64,000 nt of DNA, taken from NCBI GenBank assembly GCA_965223815.1, contig OZ245019.1:1667804-1731803 (forward strand). The letters run 5' to 3'. The notes beneath the pieces were generated by a model. It was not told the origin of the DNA and ran no database searches. It worked only from the letters and a program-made list of their open reading frames with translations. Positions 1 through 10,236 of this stretch are shown here, in pieces (the first letter of the stretch is position 1; each line of letters begins with the position of its first letter). A program made the translations under genes and the position numbers. Source of the stretch: Sedimenticolaceae bacterium. Its GTDB lineage: Bacteria > Pseudomonadota > Gammaproteobacteria > Chromatiales > Chromatiaceae.

Positions 1-201
1 ATCCGTATATGTACTCGTCGCTATCATCAAAAAGCGACTCAATATCAAAGCCAGCCTCTATTCAGTTCTACAGATTTTGAGCCTGACTGTTTTCGAAACA
101 ACTCCTATGAATCAGTTGCTTACCGGATGTGAACAGAACATGAAAAACCACGAATCAAATAACCAACTGAATCTATTCGATTAATTTTCCGGACACTAGT
201 G
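1..201 (+). mobile_element. 3' end of an IS4-family insertion sequence; the rest of this copy lies upstream of the window
   Basis: Positions 1-201 are base-for-base identical to 10036-10236, the transposase C-terminus plus the terminal inverted repeat TTTTCCGGACACTAGTG that ends at 201. Confidence 0.9.
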
Positions 202-499
202 GTTTGACATATTAAACTATTCTTGTCAAGAAGACCGTTTCGGGCAGCGACTGAACCGGGTTCTGATATCACACTTCCTTATGAGTGTGGTTTTTGTCAC
301 TACTAAACTATAGCAGATGGGCGCTAGCAGTTGGAATCGACGTTCACCGGTCTAAGAATGACCCTCGCGAGGCCAAGAGTAAAAAGAGAAAAACAGGAGC
401 AATGTTTATTATCTTAAGCTTTTTGGGCGATTCGAAGTAGCCAAAACCGACGGATTTCCCATCCCCTCCATCGAGTTTTGTGTAAATCTTAGTGTTACT

Positions 500-3400
500 T
501 CAGCCTTCCACAAGCAGCTCGTTTTGATTATCGGCGTTCCGGGATAATTCACTCAAAATATTAATGGCTACAGTAAAGAGCGCGCAGTCCACCTCCGGGT
601 TGTTCTTCATATCATCAACTATCGACTGCCAGCGACCTAGAAACGGTTGATGCTGCTGTACCCACTTTTGCATTGCGATTTTTGGTTGTTCACGGTTGCT
701 TTTCAGTGCGCCTATTGTCACCGCACGCTGCTGTGCATCCAGGTCATCCCGGTAACTGTCTCTAGCCAAGGATTGCCAGTGATTGCTGGCCCGGTAAGTG
801 CGCATCTGCCGGTCCAGCCAGGGCAGTTCCAAGTGTTCACCCAGGGAAAAGTAGACGGGTGAAAGCGCAGAGATATCCATGTCCAGTTCGCTGGCGGCAT
901 CGATAATATCGAGTAGCCAGTAAAGTCCTTCAGCGGCTGCGGTCGTCGCGGCGAGTAACTCCGGTACGCCAGCGTTAGTGAAGCCACGGAATTTATCATA
1001 CCAGCGATTGTGGCCAGGAATTGTAGCCTGTAGCCGCTCGACGCTGTTGGTGACGGTACTGACAGCAGCCTGGTAGTCGTCGATACAAGCGGCGATTTCA
1101 CTGCCCGGACGGCGTCTCCGCAGCAGCCACCAACTAGCCCGTGTTACGAGCTTGTTGAGTTCAAGCAACATAGTGTCCTGAATCGACGCGGAAATTTTGT
1201 TGTCGAGCGCCTCGATTTGGTTCCAAAGTTTCTCGATCCCATAGATCTCGCGGGTGATTACATAGGCGGCAACGATATTCGCATCGTCCGAGCCTGTTGC
1301 TTGTCTCAGTTTATCGATGTAGGTAACACCCATCCGGTTAACTAACTCGTTGGTAATCTGGCTGGCGGTGATTTCCCGGCGCAGAGGGTGAGCATATATG
1401 GCCTGTAGATAGCGCTGTAACAGGATGGGGGGAAATGCGCTCGTCAGTGGTCGGGCCAACAGCGGATCATCGGTAACCCAGGAATCAATGAGCGATTGCT
1501 TCAGTTCATTTCTAGTGTAGGAGATGAGCACGGATAGTTCGGGTCGCGTCAGTCCGAGGCCTTGGTCGCGTCTTTCCAGAAGCGTTTTCCTGGTTGGTAT
1601 GGCCTCCAGTTCGCGATCGAGTTTCCCCACCCGCTCCATGCCGTCGATCAGGTGGATGTATTCGTCCGGAAATTTCCGGGCATGCCGCTGGGCAAGGGCA
1701 AGCGCCTGTGCCTGGCGGTAGTTGTTGCGCAGTACGAGTGTGCTCAACTCTTCGGTCATTTCCTGCAACAGCCTGTTGCGTTGATTTGGGCTGAGCCTTC
1801 CCGATGCAACCTCTTCGTTCAGCAGAATTTTGATATTGACTTCGTGATCGGAGCAATCCACTCCGCCTGCGTTATCGATAAAATCGCTGTTGCAGGCACC
1901 GCCGTTCAACGCGAACTCGATCCGGCCGCGCTGGGTAATACCCAGGTTGCCGCCTTCACCCAAAACCTTGCAGCGCAGCTCCTTCCCATCGATCCGAAGA
2001 GCATCGTTTGCTTTATCGCTTACATCCAGGTGCGTCTCACCGCTTTCCTTCACATACGTGCCTATGCCCCCGTTCCATATCAGTTGCACAGGAGACTTTA
2101 AAATTGCGCGGATCAATTCGGGGGGCGAAAGGCGACTAGCGCTAATTTCGAAACGGGCCTGCATTTGGGGCGTGACGGGAATCCACTTGATATTGCGTGG
2201 GAATACACCACCGCCTGCGGAGATCAGTTCGGGGTGGTAGTCGCTCCAACTCGAACCTGGCAGTTGAAATAGCCGCTGGCGTTCGTTAAATGCCGTTTCG
2301 CAATTGGGATTAGGATCGATAAAAATGTATTGGTGATTGAAAGCCGCTAACAGCTGGATGGATTCGGAAAGTAACATCCCGTTCCCGAATACATCTCCGG
2401 ACATGTCACCGATGCCCACTGCAGTAATGGGGTCCCGTTCGGGATCGGCTCCCTGTTCTCGAAAGTGCCGTTTTACTGATTCCCAGGTGCCCTTCGCGGT
2501 TATGCCCATTTGCTTGTGGTCATAGCCCTGGCTTCCGCCGGAGGCAAACGCGTCTCCCAGCCAAAAGTTGTACTCGGCCGCAATACTATTGGCAATATCC
2601 GAAAAGCTGGCCGTTCCCTTGTCAGCGGCCACTACAAGATAGGGATCGTCCCCATCGTGGCGGACCACCGAGCCGGGTGGCACGACCATACCGTCGACCA
2701 AGTTGTCCGTGATGTCCAATAGTCCGCGGATGAAGAGTTCGTAGCATGCTTTGCCTTCTTTCAACTCTACGTCACGGTCCACTCCTTCAGGCATCTGTTT
2801 GGTAATGAAGCACCCCTTGGCACCCATGGGTACGATCACCGAATTCTTGACCTGCTGCGCTTTTACCAACCCCAGCACTTCGGTGCGGTAATCCTCTTGC
2901 CGGTCTGACCAGCGCAAGCCGCCTCTGGCAACTTTGCCCGACCTCAGATGTACGCCCTCTACCCGGGGGGAGTAGACAAAGATTTCATACGTCGGCCGTG
3001 GCAGCGGCAGTCCGCTGATCGCCGCGGGGTCGAACTTGAAAGAGAAATAGCTTTTTTTCCCACCTGTGGCTGCCTTTTGGTAGTAATTGGTGCGTAGCGT
3101 GGCTTGGATGATTTCCAGGTAACGGCGCAGAATGACATCTTCATCTCGGCCTTCTATTGTTTCCAGTATCTGGTTGATTCCTCTCTCTTGATTCTCCAGA
3201 TGGGTCTCTTCCACTCGAGCCCTGCCATGATCCTCCGGTTGCAGACGGATGTGGAACAGCGTCACAAGCTGATGAGAGAGCTCAGGGTGCCGACACAGGG
3301 TTTCGGCTATGAAGTCCTGGCTATAGCCCAGCCGGGTTTGGCGAATGTAACGACCATAGGCTCGCAGCAGGGCAGCTTCCCGCCAATTTAGGCCGGCGCA

Positions 3401-4144
3401 GAGAATCAAGCGGTTGAAGCCGTCATTTTCGACACGGCCTCGCCAGGTTTCGATAAACGCCTCCTGGAACAGGGAGAGGGACTGGGGCGTCTCAAGAAAT
3501 CCGATGTCCGGATGTAATCTCAGACCGAAATCGTGGATGACGTAACTTTTGCCATCGGTCCGCGTTACTTCGAAAGGGTGCTCTGCCAATACGCGCGTGC
3601 CCAACTGCTCCAGGATAGGTACCAGTTCGGAGAGTTCCAGCTCCCGGCGGCTACTGACTATCTTAAAGTGGAGAACTTCTCCCGCAAGCTCCTGTTCGGA
3701 TGGCCATGGTTCCTGGCTGAAGGCACAGGCTATATCTCCTGAAATGTCTAACTGCCCAATCAGCTGTATATCCGCTGAAGCCTCATGGGGCGTAAACCGC
3801 GCTCGATACGAGATGGGAAAGGCGTCTCTGTAGAGTTCGGTCTGTTTACTCCCCAGAAGCTGTAGACGGAGTTCCCAGTCGTCTTCCGGTTGTAGCTGGC
3901 GATGGATAATGTAGTGCCGGCAGTCGAGCAAATTCGTGTAGAGGTTTTCCAGGTCGACATTTGCAAGCTGTGTGCCCGAGTGGTCCTGGAAATACTCCCT
4001 GGAAAAGCCAATCAGAGCCTGTGCTTCGAGGGGTGTTTGTCGCTCACTGATATATTTATCGAGACGCCTGAAGAAAAGATTTTTTTGCGATTCAGTCTTA
4101 TCCGGCATGGCTGTCGCTCTCCTGTCACTGGGGACGATCGGCAT
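500..4144 (-). CDS. gdhB: NAD-specific glutamate dehydrogenase, large bacterial (Bac_GDH) type, unusually short at about 1200 aa
   Basis: 1214-aa ORF carrying large-GDH catalytic-core motifs (VIVPMGAKGCFITK, DDPYLVVAADKGTASFSDIAN, GITAKGTWESVKRHFRE). An alternative start at M13 (4108) is possible. Confidence 0.85.
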   Translation of the reverse strand: MPIVPSDRRATAMPDKTESQKNLFFRRLDKYISERQTPLEAQALIGFSREYFQDHSGTQLANVDLENLYTNLLDCRHYIIHRQLQPEDDWELRLQLLGSKQTELYRDAFPISYRARFTPHEASADIQLIGQLDISGDIACAFSQEPWPSEQELAGEVLHFKIVSSRRELELSELVPILEQLGTRVLAEHPFEVTRTDGKSYVIHDFGLRLHPDIGFLETPQSLSLFQEAFIETWRGRVENDGFNRLILCAGLNWREAALLRAYGRYIRQTRLGYSQDFIAETLCRHPELSHQLVTLFHIRLQPEDHGRARVEETHLENQERGINQILETIEGRDEDVILRRYLEIIQATLRTNYYQKAATGGKKSYFSFKFDPAAISGLPLPRPTYEIFVYSPRVEGVHLRSGKVARGGLRWSDRQEDYRTEVLGLVKAQQVKNSVIVPMGAKGCFITKQMPEGVDRDVELKEGKACYELFIRGLLDITDNLVDGMVVPPGSVVRHDGDDPYLVVAADKGTASFSDIANSIAAEYNFWLGDAFASGGSQGYDHKQMGITAKGTWESVKRHFREQGADPERDPITAVGIGDMSGDVFGNGMLLSESIQLLAAFNHQYIFIDPNPNCETAFNERQRLFQLPGSSWSDYHPELISAGGGVFPRNIKWIPVTPQMQARFEISASRLSPPELIRAILKSPVQLIWNGGIGTYVKESGETHLDVSDKANDALRIDGKELRCKVLGEGGNLGITQRGRIEFALNGGACNSDFIDNAGGVDCSDHEVNIKILLNEEVASGRLSPNQRNRLLQEMTEELSTLVLRNNYRQAQALALAQRHARKFPDEYIHLIDGMERVGKLDRELEAIPTRKTLLERRDQGLGLTRPELSVLISYTRNELKQSLIDSWVTDDPLLARPLTSAFPPILLQRYLQAIYAHPLRREITASQITNELVNRMGVTYIDKLRQATGSDDANIVAAYVITREIYGIEKLWNQIEALDNKISASIQDTMLLELNKLVTRASWWLLRRRRPGSEIAACIDDYQAAVSTVTNSVERLQATIPGHNRWYDKFRGFTNAGVPELLAATTAAAEGLYWLLDIIDAASELDMDISALSPVYFSLGEHLELPWLDRQMRTYRASNHWQSLARDSYRDDLDAQQRAVTIGALKSNREQPKIAMQKWVQQHQPFLGRWQSIVDDMKNNPEVDCALFTVAINILSELSRNADNQNELLVEG

Positions 4145-4186
4145 CGTCGTTACCCAACTCCGAAAATGACGCGCGAAACAGAAGCA

Positions 4187-4214
4187 GGGGCCGGCCAGGG
4201 AACCGGCCGACCCC
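4187..4214 (-). terminator. Intrinsic-terminator-like hairpin downstream of gabT
   Basis: On the minus strand GGGGTCGGCC-GGTTCCCT-GGCCGGCCCC forms a 10-bp stem with one G-U pair, followed by the T-rich run TGCTTCTGTTTC. It lies between the gabT stop and the gdh start. Confidence 0.55.
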
Positions 4215-4220
4215 TATATC

Positions 4221-5561
4221 TCATCCAGAAATCAAACTATCTATGCTGGATTCCAGCAGCTCCATACTCTCGTCGATTAGATCGTCAGTTATGGTCAGTG
4301 CGGGGAGAAAGCGAATGACGTTACCGCGCACTCCACAGGACAACAAAATTAGCCCCCGTTGTGCCGCTGCTCCTACAATTGCCTTGGTAAAATCCGAATC
4401 CGGACGGTTCGCATCTCCTTCCTGTATCAGCTCCATTGCTATCATGGCACCTTGGCAGCGAATTTCACCGATCCTGTCCGGATACTTTTTCTGTAGTGCC
4501 CCCAATCGATTGACAATCCTGGCGCCGATGTTCACCGCACGCCCGCACAAGTCTTCTTCTTCTATGACCTCAAGCACCGCAAGTGCGGCGGCACAGCCGA
4601 TAGGGGAACCGCCGTAAGTACCGCCCAATCCCCCGGGTTGAGGCGCATCCATGATCTCCGCTTTCCCGACTACTGCCGCGATGGGAAACCCCCCAGCGAT
4701 CCCTTTGGCCATGGTCATCAGGTCTGGTTCCACATTCGCATGTTCACTGGCGAACATCCTTCCTGTGCGGCCGAATCCTGTCTGAATCTCGTCGCATATC
4801 AGCAGGATTCCATGCTGGTCGCACAACTCGCGTAGTGCACGCATGAATTCGGGTGGTGCTATATAGAAACCGCCTTCACCCTGGACCGGCTCGATGATAA
4901 TGGCGGCCACGCGACAGGGTTCAATGTCCACACTGAAAAGATCGTTGAGCGCGCGTAGAGAATCCTCCTGAGAGACTCCGTGGAAGGTATTGGGAAAGGG
5001 GGCGTGGTAGATCTCGCCGGGAAAGGGCCCAAAACCGGCCTTGTAGGGCACCACTTTGCCGGTTAAACCCATGGCCATGTTGGTACGTCCGTGAAAGCCC
5101 CCGTTAAAGGCGATGATACCGGGGCGACCGGTGTGGGCACGGGCGATCTTGACGCAGTTTTCAACCGCTTCCGCACCGGTTGTTACGAACATGGTCTTCT
5201 TGGGTGTGCTCCCGGGTGCTGCGGCGTTGAGTTTCTCGGCAAGTTCCACGGCACTGGCATAGGGAGTAACCATTACGCAGGTGTGACTAAACTTTTCCAG
5301 CTGGGATTGGGCGGCTGCCTGTACCTTGGGGTGATTGTGCCCCGTGTTGAGTACGGCGATACCGGCACCCAGATCAATATAGCGTTTACCCTCTACATCC
5401 CACAGTTCCGCATTCCTTGCACTTTCGACATACACTTGAGTCATGGTGCCCTGGCCCCGAGCAAACGCCTGCTCCTTGCGGGCATGAAGGGAGTGGTTGG
5501 TAGTCTCAGTATTTGTATCGAATGCGTCCAAATGAGAGGCCTGCTGCAGTTGATTGTTCAC
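4221..5561 (-). CDS. gabT: 4-aminobutyrate aminotransferase (class III PLP aminotransferase)
   Basis: 446-aa ORF with a typical GabT sequence (GAGIAVLNTGHNHPKV, GGFHGRTNMAMGLTGK, LICDEIQTGFGRTG, MTMAKGIAGGFP). It is adjacent to gabD. Confidence 0.9.
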   Translation of the reverse strand: MNNQLQQASHLDAFDTNTETTNHSLHARKEQAFARGQGTMTQVYVESARNAELWDVEGKRYIDLGAGIAVLNTGHNHPKVQAAAQSQLEKFSHTCVMVTPYASAVELAEKLNAAAPGSTPKKTMFVTTGAEAVENCVKIARAHTGRPGIIAFNGGFHGRTNMAMGLTGKVVPYKAGFGPFPGEIYHAPFPNTFHGVSQEDSLRALNDLFSVDIEPCRVAAIIIEPVQGEGGFYIAPPEFMRALRELCDQHGILLICDEIQTGFGRTGRMFASEHANVEPDLMTMAKGIAGGFPIAAVVGKAEIMDAPQPGGLGGTYGGSPIGCAAALAVLEVIEEEDLCGRAVNIGARIVNRLGALQKKYPDRIGEIRCQGAMIAMELIQEGDANRPDSDFTKAIVGAAAQRGLILLSCGVRGNVIRFLPALTITDDLIDESMELLESSIDSLISG

Positions 5562-5594
5562 GGTCTTTCTCCTTGTCTGGAATACAGATTGTGA

Positions 5595-7058
5595 TCAGGC
5601 GATACCGCCCATACACAGGTACTTGATCTCTACAAAATCATCAATTCCGTACTTTGAGCCCTCTCTGCCTATCCCGGACTCTTTAACACCGCCGAAAGGG
5701 GCAACTTCAGTGGAAATTATGCCTTCATTAATCCCCACCATGCCGTATTCCAGTCGTTCGGCAACTCGCCAGACCCGCCCCAGATCCCGGGCATAGAAAT
5801 AGGCTGCCAGTCCAAAAGGGGTGTCATTGGCGAGGCGGACGGCATCCGCCTCGGTTTCAAATCGAAATACTGTGGCCACCGGACCGAAGATTTCCTCCCG
5901 GGAAATGTCCATGTTATCGGTAACGCCGGTGAGCACTGCTGGGGCGTAGAAGTTGTCGCCAAGATCCTGGACTTCTGCTGATCTATGCAGTTCGGCACCG
6001 CGGTCCACGGCGTCGTTGACCAAGCGCTGCACCTTACTCACTGCACTGTGGTTTATCAGCGGACCCGTAGTAACCCCCTCTTCAAAGCCGTCACCCAGCC
6101 GCAGCTGGTCTACAGCCACCGAGAGTTTCTCTACGAAGGCGTCATGCACGGATTCCTGAACCAGGATCCGGTTGGTGCACACGCAGGTCTGGCCAGCATT
6201 TCGAAATTTGGAGGCCATGAGTCCAGCGACTGCTGCATCCAGATCAGCGTCATCGAAGACGATAAAAGGCGCGTTGCCGCCCAGTTCGAGGGAAACCTTC
6301 TTGACCGTGTCTGCGCATTGGCGCATCAGCAGTTTGCCCACAGGCGTTGAACCGGTAAAGGAGAGCTTGCGAACCCGACTGTCTTGGCATAGAACTTGAC
6401 CCACTGCGGCGGAGTCGGTCGTTGTGACCACGTTAAACACACCGGAGGGAATGCCTGCTTGCGCAGCTAGATCTGCCAACGCCAGGGCGGAAAGCGGGGT
6501 ATCCTCACTGGGCTTCACCACTACGGTGCACCCGGCAGCCAGTGCAGGGGCCACTTTACGGGTAATCATTGCTATGGGGAAGTTCCAAGGAGTAATTGCC
6601 CCCACCACGCCGATAGGCTGCTTAATTGTGAGGATTCGCCTGTCGGTTCCGGGTGCGGGGATCACGTCACCGTATATTCGCTTGGCTTCTTCAGCGAACC
6701 ACTCGATAAACGAGGCTCCATAGATTACCTCCCCTCTGGCTTCGGCTAGCGGTTTGCCCTGTTCAGCGGTCATGATTCGAGCGAGGTCCTCCTGATGTGC
6801 GAGAATCAGCTCGAACCAGCGCCGCAGAAGGGACGCACGCTCTTTGGCCGTCAGACTGCTCCATGATTCTAAAGCGCTTGCGGCTTTGTCAATTGCAAAC
6901 AGGGTTTCACCGGGGCCCATATCCGGGACCTCGGCGATCCGTTGAAGACTACTGGGATTGATCACGGGAAATTCACTACCGTTGTCCGCAGCGCTCCATT
7001 GTCCACCGATATAAGCCTGCTGACGAAACAGAGTAGGGGTATTTAGATCCAGAGACAT
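5595..7058 (-). CDS. gabD: NAD(P)+-dependent succinate-semialdehyde dehydrogenase
   Basis: 487-aa aldehyde dehydrogenase with a GabD-like N-terminus (FRQQAYIGGQW) and the catalytic-region motifs ELGGNAPFIVFDDADLD and FRNAGQTCVCTNR. It is co-oriented with gabT. Confidence 0.9.
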   Translation of the reverse strand: MSLDLNTPTLFRQQAYIGGQWSAADNGSEFPVINPSSLQRIAEVPDMGPGETLFAIDKAASALESWSSLTAKERASLLRRWFELILAHQEDLARIMTAEQGKPLAEARGEVIYGASFIEWFAEEAKRIYGDVIPAPGTDRRILTIKQPIGVVGAITPWNFPIAMITRKVAPALAAGCTVVVKPSEDTPLSALALADLAAQAGIPSGVFNVVTTTDSAAVGQVLCQDSRVRKLSFTGSTPVGKLLMRQCADTVKKVSLELGGNAPFIVFDDADLDAAVAGLMASKFRNAGQTCVCTNRILVQESVHDAFVEKLSVAVDQLRLGDGFEEGVTTGPLINHSAVSKVQRLVNDAVDRGAELHRSAEVQDLGDNFYAPAVLTGVTDNMDISREEIFGPVATVFRFETEADAVRLANDTPFGLAAYFYARDLGRVWRVAERLEYGMVGINEGIISTEVAPFGGVKESGIGREGSKYGIDDFVEIKYLCMGGIA

Positions 7059-7191
7059 GAGGTCACTCCACTGGGTTTATTTGTCGACTCTTGGAGCCTT
7101 TCAGTGGATGGTAATTCGAAGCTCTATGTGTGATAAATACCAATCATTCAGAGTTTAGGTTGATAGCTGTAAAACTTATGCAGATAAGCAA

Positions 7192-8124
7192 ATGAAAAAA
7201 GAGTTGACGATCAAGCTCGGCCAAGTGGCTGATTATGAGATCAGACTGTTGAGAGTATTCAACGCGGTAGTGGAGTGTGGAGGGTTCGCTGCTGCCGCGA
7301 CGGAATTGAATATCGGCCGCTCCACTATCAGCGTACATGTTGCCAATCTCGAGCAGCGTCTGAATCTTAAACTTTGTGTTCGCGGACGTGGTGGTTTCTC
7401 TCTGACAGAGGAGGGGGTCGTTGTACACGAGTTGATGCAGGAGCTCTTCACCTCACTCGATAGCTTCCGGGCTGGTATCAATGCCTTGTACGCAGAGCTG
7501 ACAGGAGAACTGAAGATACTTGCGAGCGATACCATTTGCCTGGACTCCCAGGCCATGATCCCGGAGGCGATAGCAGAGTTTTCGCACCATGCACCGGATG
7601 TAAACGTACTGCTGGACGTTAAGGGTTTGACACAGATAGAACGAATGGTGATCAATAATAAGGCCGATATCGGCTTTATACCCTGTCATCGTGAGCTTGA
7701 GGGTTTGGACTATACACCACTCTACACGGACGACTTCCATCTGTACTGCAGCGTTAAGCATCCCCTATATGATTGCGTTGATAACAAGAAGCTAAACCAG
7801 CGTATTCAAACCGACAAAACCGTGCATGCGGGAATTCAGACTCACGAGATTGTAGGGAAACAGCTTGCAGGCATGAACAAAGGGGCCATTTCTTACTTCT
7901 ATGAGGCCAGGTTGGCCATGATATTGTCCGGTGCGTACATTGGATTCATGCCTGATAAGTACGTGGAGGAGTATGTCAAAGGTGGTGAGCTTAGAATGCT
8001 GCTGCCCAAGAAAAAGCGCTTTCGTCTCGGAGTGACTGCCATTACCCGCAGCCACGGTAGGGGCAATCGTGCTCGTACCCTGTTCGTCGATATCGTTCGG
8101 AAGCTCCATGAAGCGGCAGGTTGA
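7192..8124 (+). CDS. LysR-family transcriptional regulator, divergent from gabD
   Basis: 310-aa ORF with an N-terminal wHTH (LRVFNAVVECGGFAAAATELNIGRSTISVHVANLEQRL) and a LysR substrate-binding domain. It is divergently arranged with a 133-bp shared intergenic region. Confidence 0.85.
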   Translation: MKKELTIKLGQVADYEIRLLRVFNAVVECGGFAAAATELNIGRSTISVHVANLEQRLNLKLCVRGRGGFSLTEEGVVVHELMQELFTSLDSFRAGINALYAELTGELKILASDTICLDSQAMIPEAIAEFSHHAPDVNVLLDVKGLTQIERMVINNKADIGFIPCHRELEGLDYTPLYTDDFHLYCSVKHPLYDCVDNKKLNQRIQTDKTVHAGIQTHEIVGKQLAGMNKGAISYFYEARLAMILSGAYIGFMPDKYVEEYVKGGELRMLLPKKKRFRLGVTAITRSHGRGNRARTLFVDIVRKLHEAAG

Positions 8125-8355
8125 TTCCTTATCCTATGACCAACCGGGAGTTGCTGTAAATCGAGCCCACAGGATCAATAATGATAGGGGTTGACCCTGG
8201 AAGCCTTCCATAGACATCGTGTACACAAAGCAGTAGTCGGTGGCGGGTAGAGCGAATGATTGCAATGGGGTAGTCTGGGTATTCATTTCCCGTTTAAAAA
8301 GGGATTATAGGCAACCTGGAAATCGGCCAATTACCCAACACTAAAGTTTTCCTGA

Positions 8356-8903
8356 TTACCGATAAACCTCAGTCAGTTCTAGCAGGCGATAAGGCATAGG
8401 CGGTGTACGTAATGCGACATAGGCAAGGCGCTCAATCATGGATGCCAAGTCAAAGCGGCGGTTGAATCGATATTCGAACTCAGCGAGATAACGACGCACA
8501 CGCTTTTTACGAATCGCATGAAAGGTTCCCAGCGGAGTATTTTTTAACTTTCCCAAGCAGCGTATTGACCTACTTGAATGTGGAAAGCTGGGCGCTCTTC
8601 CTTCCCCCACCTGTTATTACAGAGACATGTGTGCAATTGGCCTGGTTCCCCGTCCTGAGGCAGAAGAGTCCATCGGAGCAAATGATACTGCCGGCTTGCA
8701 GGCTGTGATTGTCGTAAGCCTTCAATGTCCGCATCGCGAAAAACGCTAACACGACGCAGATGAATCTTCATGAGCCTGCCGTACTGCGTTGTCTCAACGG
8801 CGGCTACGAAAGGGATTTTGTTACGCGAGCCTCGTCCCCGCTTGTCGGGCTTTTCACTATCGATTTCCTGTACTATCTCACTAGCAGCTTTTATATTTTT
8901 CAT
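8356..8903 (-). pseudogene. IS1595-family transposase remnant, 5'-truncated and frameshifted
   Basis: The C-terminal IS1595 signature (KRGRGS..IPFVAAVE; SDGL.C; VITGGG; LGTFHAIRKKRVRRYLAEFEYRFNRRFDL..PMPYRLL) is spread over three overlapping minus-strand ORFs in different frames (8544-8906, 8570-8752, 8356-8610). The N-terminal ~110 aa zinc-ribbon part is absent. Confidence 0.8.
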
Positions 8904-10236
8904 CACTAGTGTCCGGAAAAACCAGACTCACTTATCCATAACTCACTGTCAGTAAAACGATAATATGCCTTTTTTACCTGTCACCGACTTGAACCGGTTC
9001 CCAGCCCTGAGTCAGGCTTTAGCCCGATATCCCGGGTTGGAGCGATCAGTCGATGTACACAGGCAAACTTGTTTTTGCGCAGGCGATGGATCATCTGCCT
9101 ATGCATACCTTCCGACGTTGCATTCAACGCTACGACGGCAACCGACACGTAAAAAGATTCAGTTGCCAGGACCAGTATCGTTGCATGGCATTTGCACAGC
9201 TTACCTATCGAGACAGCCTACGCGATATCGAAGCCTGCCTAAAAGCCCAGAGCAACAAGCTCTACCATATGGGCATTCGCTCCAAAGTGTCCCGCAGCAC
9301 TCTGGCCGACGCCAACGAAAAACGCGATTGGCGCATCTATGCCGATTTCGCTCAGTCACTGATTCAAACAGCTCGGCGACTTTACACAGACGAAAACCTT
9401 GGGCTCGAACTCGACAACACGATCTACGCGCTCGACGCCACTACAATCAATCTCTGCCTCTCTGTTTTTCCATGGGCACATTTCCGGCAGACCAAAGCAG
9501 CAATCAAACTGCATACACTGCTCGACCTGCGTGGCAATATCCCATCGTTTATCCATATCTCCGATGGCAAGCTCCACGACGTCAACGTACTCGACCTGCT
9601 TTTGCCAGAGCCTGGTGCATTCTATGTCATGGACCGAGGCTATCTAGACTTCGAACGGCTGTATCATTTGGAGCAAGACTCCGCCTTCTTCGTCATTCGC
9701 GCAAAGTCCAATCTTCAGTGCCGCCGAATCTATTCGCACGTAGTAGACAAGACTTCCGGCCTACGTTGCGACCAGACAGTAGTGCTCACCGGTTTCTATA
9801 CCGCTCAGCACTATCCCGACAAACTTCGCCGGATCAAGTATTACGATGCCCAAACCGAAAAGCAGTTTGTCTTCCTGACCAACAACTTCAGCCTGCCGGC
9901 ATTGACAATCACAGAACTCTATCGGTACCGCTGGCAGGTGGAACTGTTTTTCAAATGGATAAAACAGCACCTACGCATCAAATCGTTTTTCGGTACCTCG
10001 GAAAACGCCGTCAAGACCCAGGTCTGGATCGCCGTATCCGTATATGTACTCGTCGCTATCATCAAAAAGCGACTCAATATCAAAGCCAGCCTCTATTCAG
10101 TTCTACAGATTTTGAGCCTGACTGTTTTCGAAACAACTCCTATGAATCAGTTGCTTACCGGATGTGAACAGAACATGAAAAACCACGAATCAAATAACCA
10201 ACTGAATCTATTCGATTAATTTTCCGGACACTAGTG
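8904..10236 (+). mobile_element. Complete IS4-family insertion sequence (1333 bp)
   Basis: 17-bp perfect terminal inverted repeats CACTAGTGTCCGGAAAA (8904-8920 and reverse complement 10220-10236). A 9-bp direct target duplication ATTTTTCAT flanks it (8895-8903 and 10237-10245). It has a single transposase ORF. Confidence 0.92.
9053..10219 (+). CDS. IS4-family DDE transposase
   Basis: 388-aa ORF with an N-terminal DUF4372-like region and a DDE_Tnp_1 core (YALDATTI, YVMDRGYLDF, YRYRWQVELFFKWIKQHL). Confidence 0.9.
   Translation: MYTGKLVFAQAMDHLPMHTFRRCIQRYDGNRHVKRFSCQDQYRCMAFAQLTYRDSLRDIEACLKAQSNKLYHMGIRSKVSRSTLADANEKRDWRIYADFAQSLIQTARRLYTDENLGLELDNTIYALDATTINLCLSVFPWAHFRQTKAAIKLHTLLDLRGNIPSFIHISDGKLHDVNVLDLLLPEPGAFYVMDRGYLDFERLYHLEQDSAFFVIRAKSNLQCRRIYSHVVDKTSGLRCDQTVVLTGFYTAQHYPDKLRRIKYYDAQTEKQFVFLTNNFSLPALTITELYRYRWQVELFFKWIKQHLRIKSFFGTSENAVKTQVWIAVSVYVLVAIIKKRLNIKASLYSVLQILSLTVFETTPMNQLLTGCEQNMKNHESNNQLNLFD

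Noticed and set aside
8965-10167. 400-aa plus-strand ORF inside the IS4 element, overlapping the transposase in another frame
   Set aside because: Its composition is Arg/Pro/Ser/Thr-rich with no motifs. The 9053-10219 frame carries the recognisable DDE transposase, so this is a shadow ORF.
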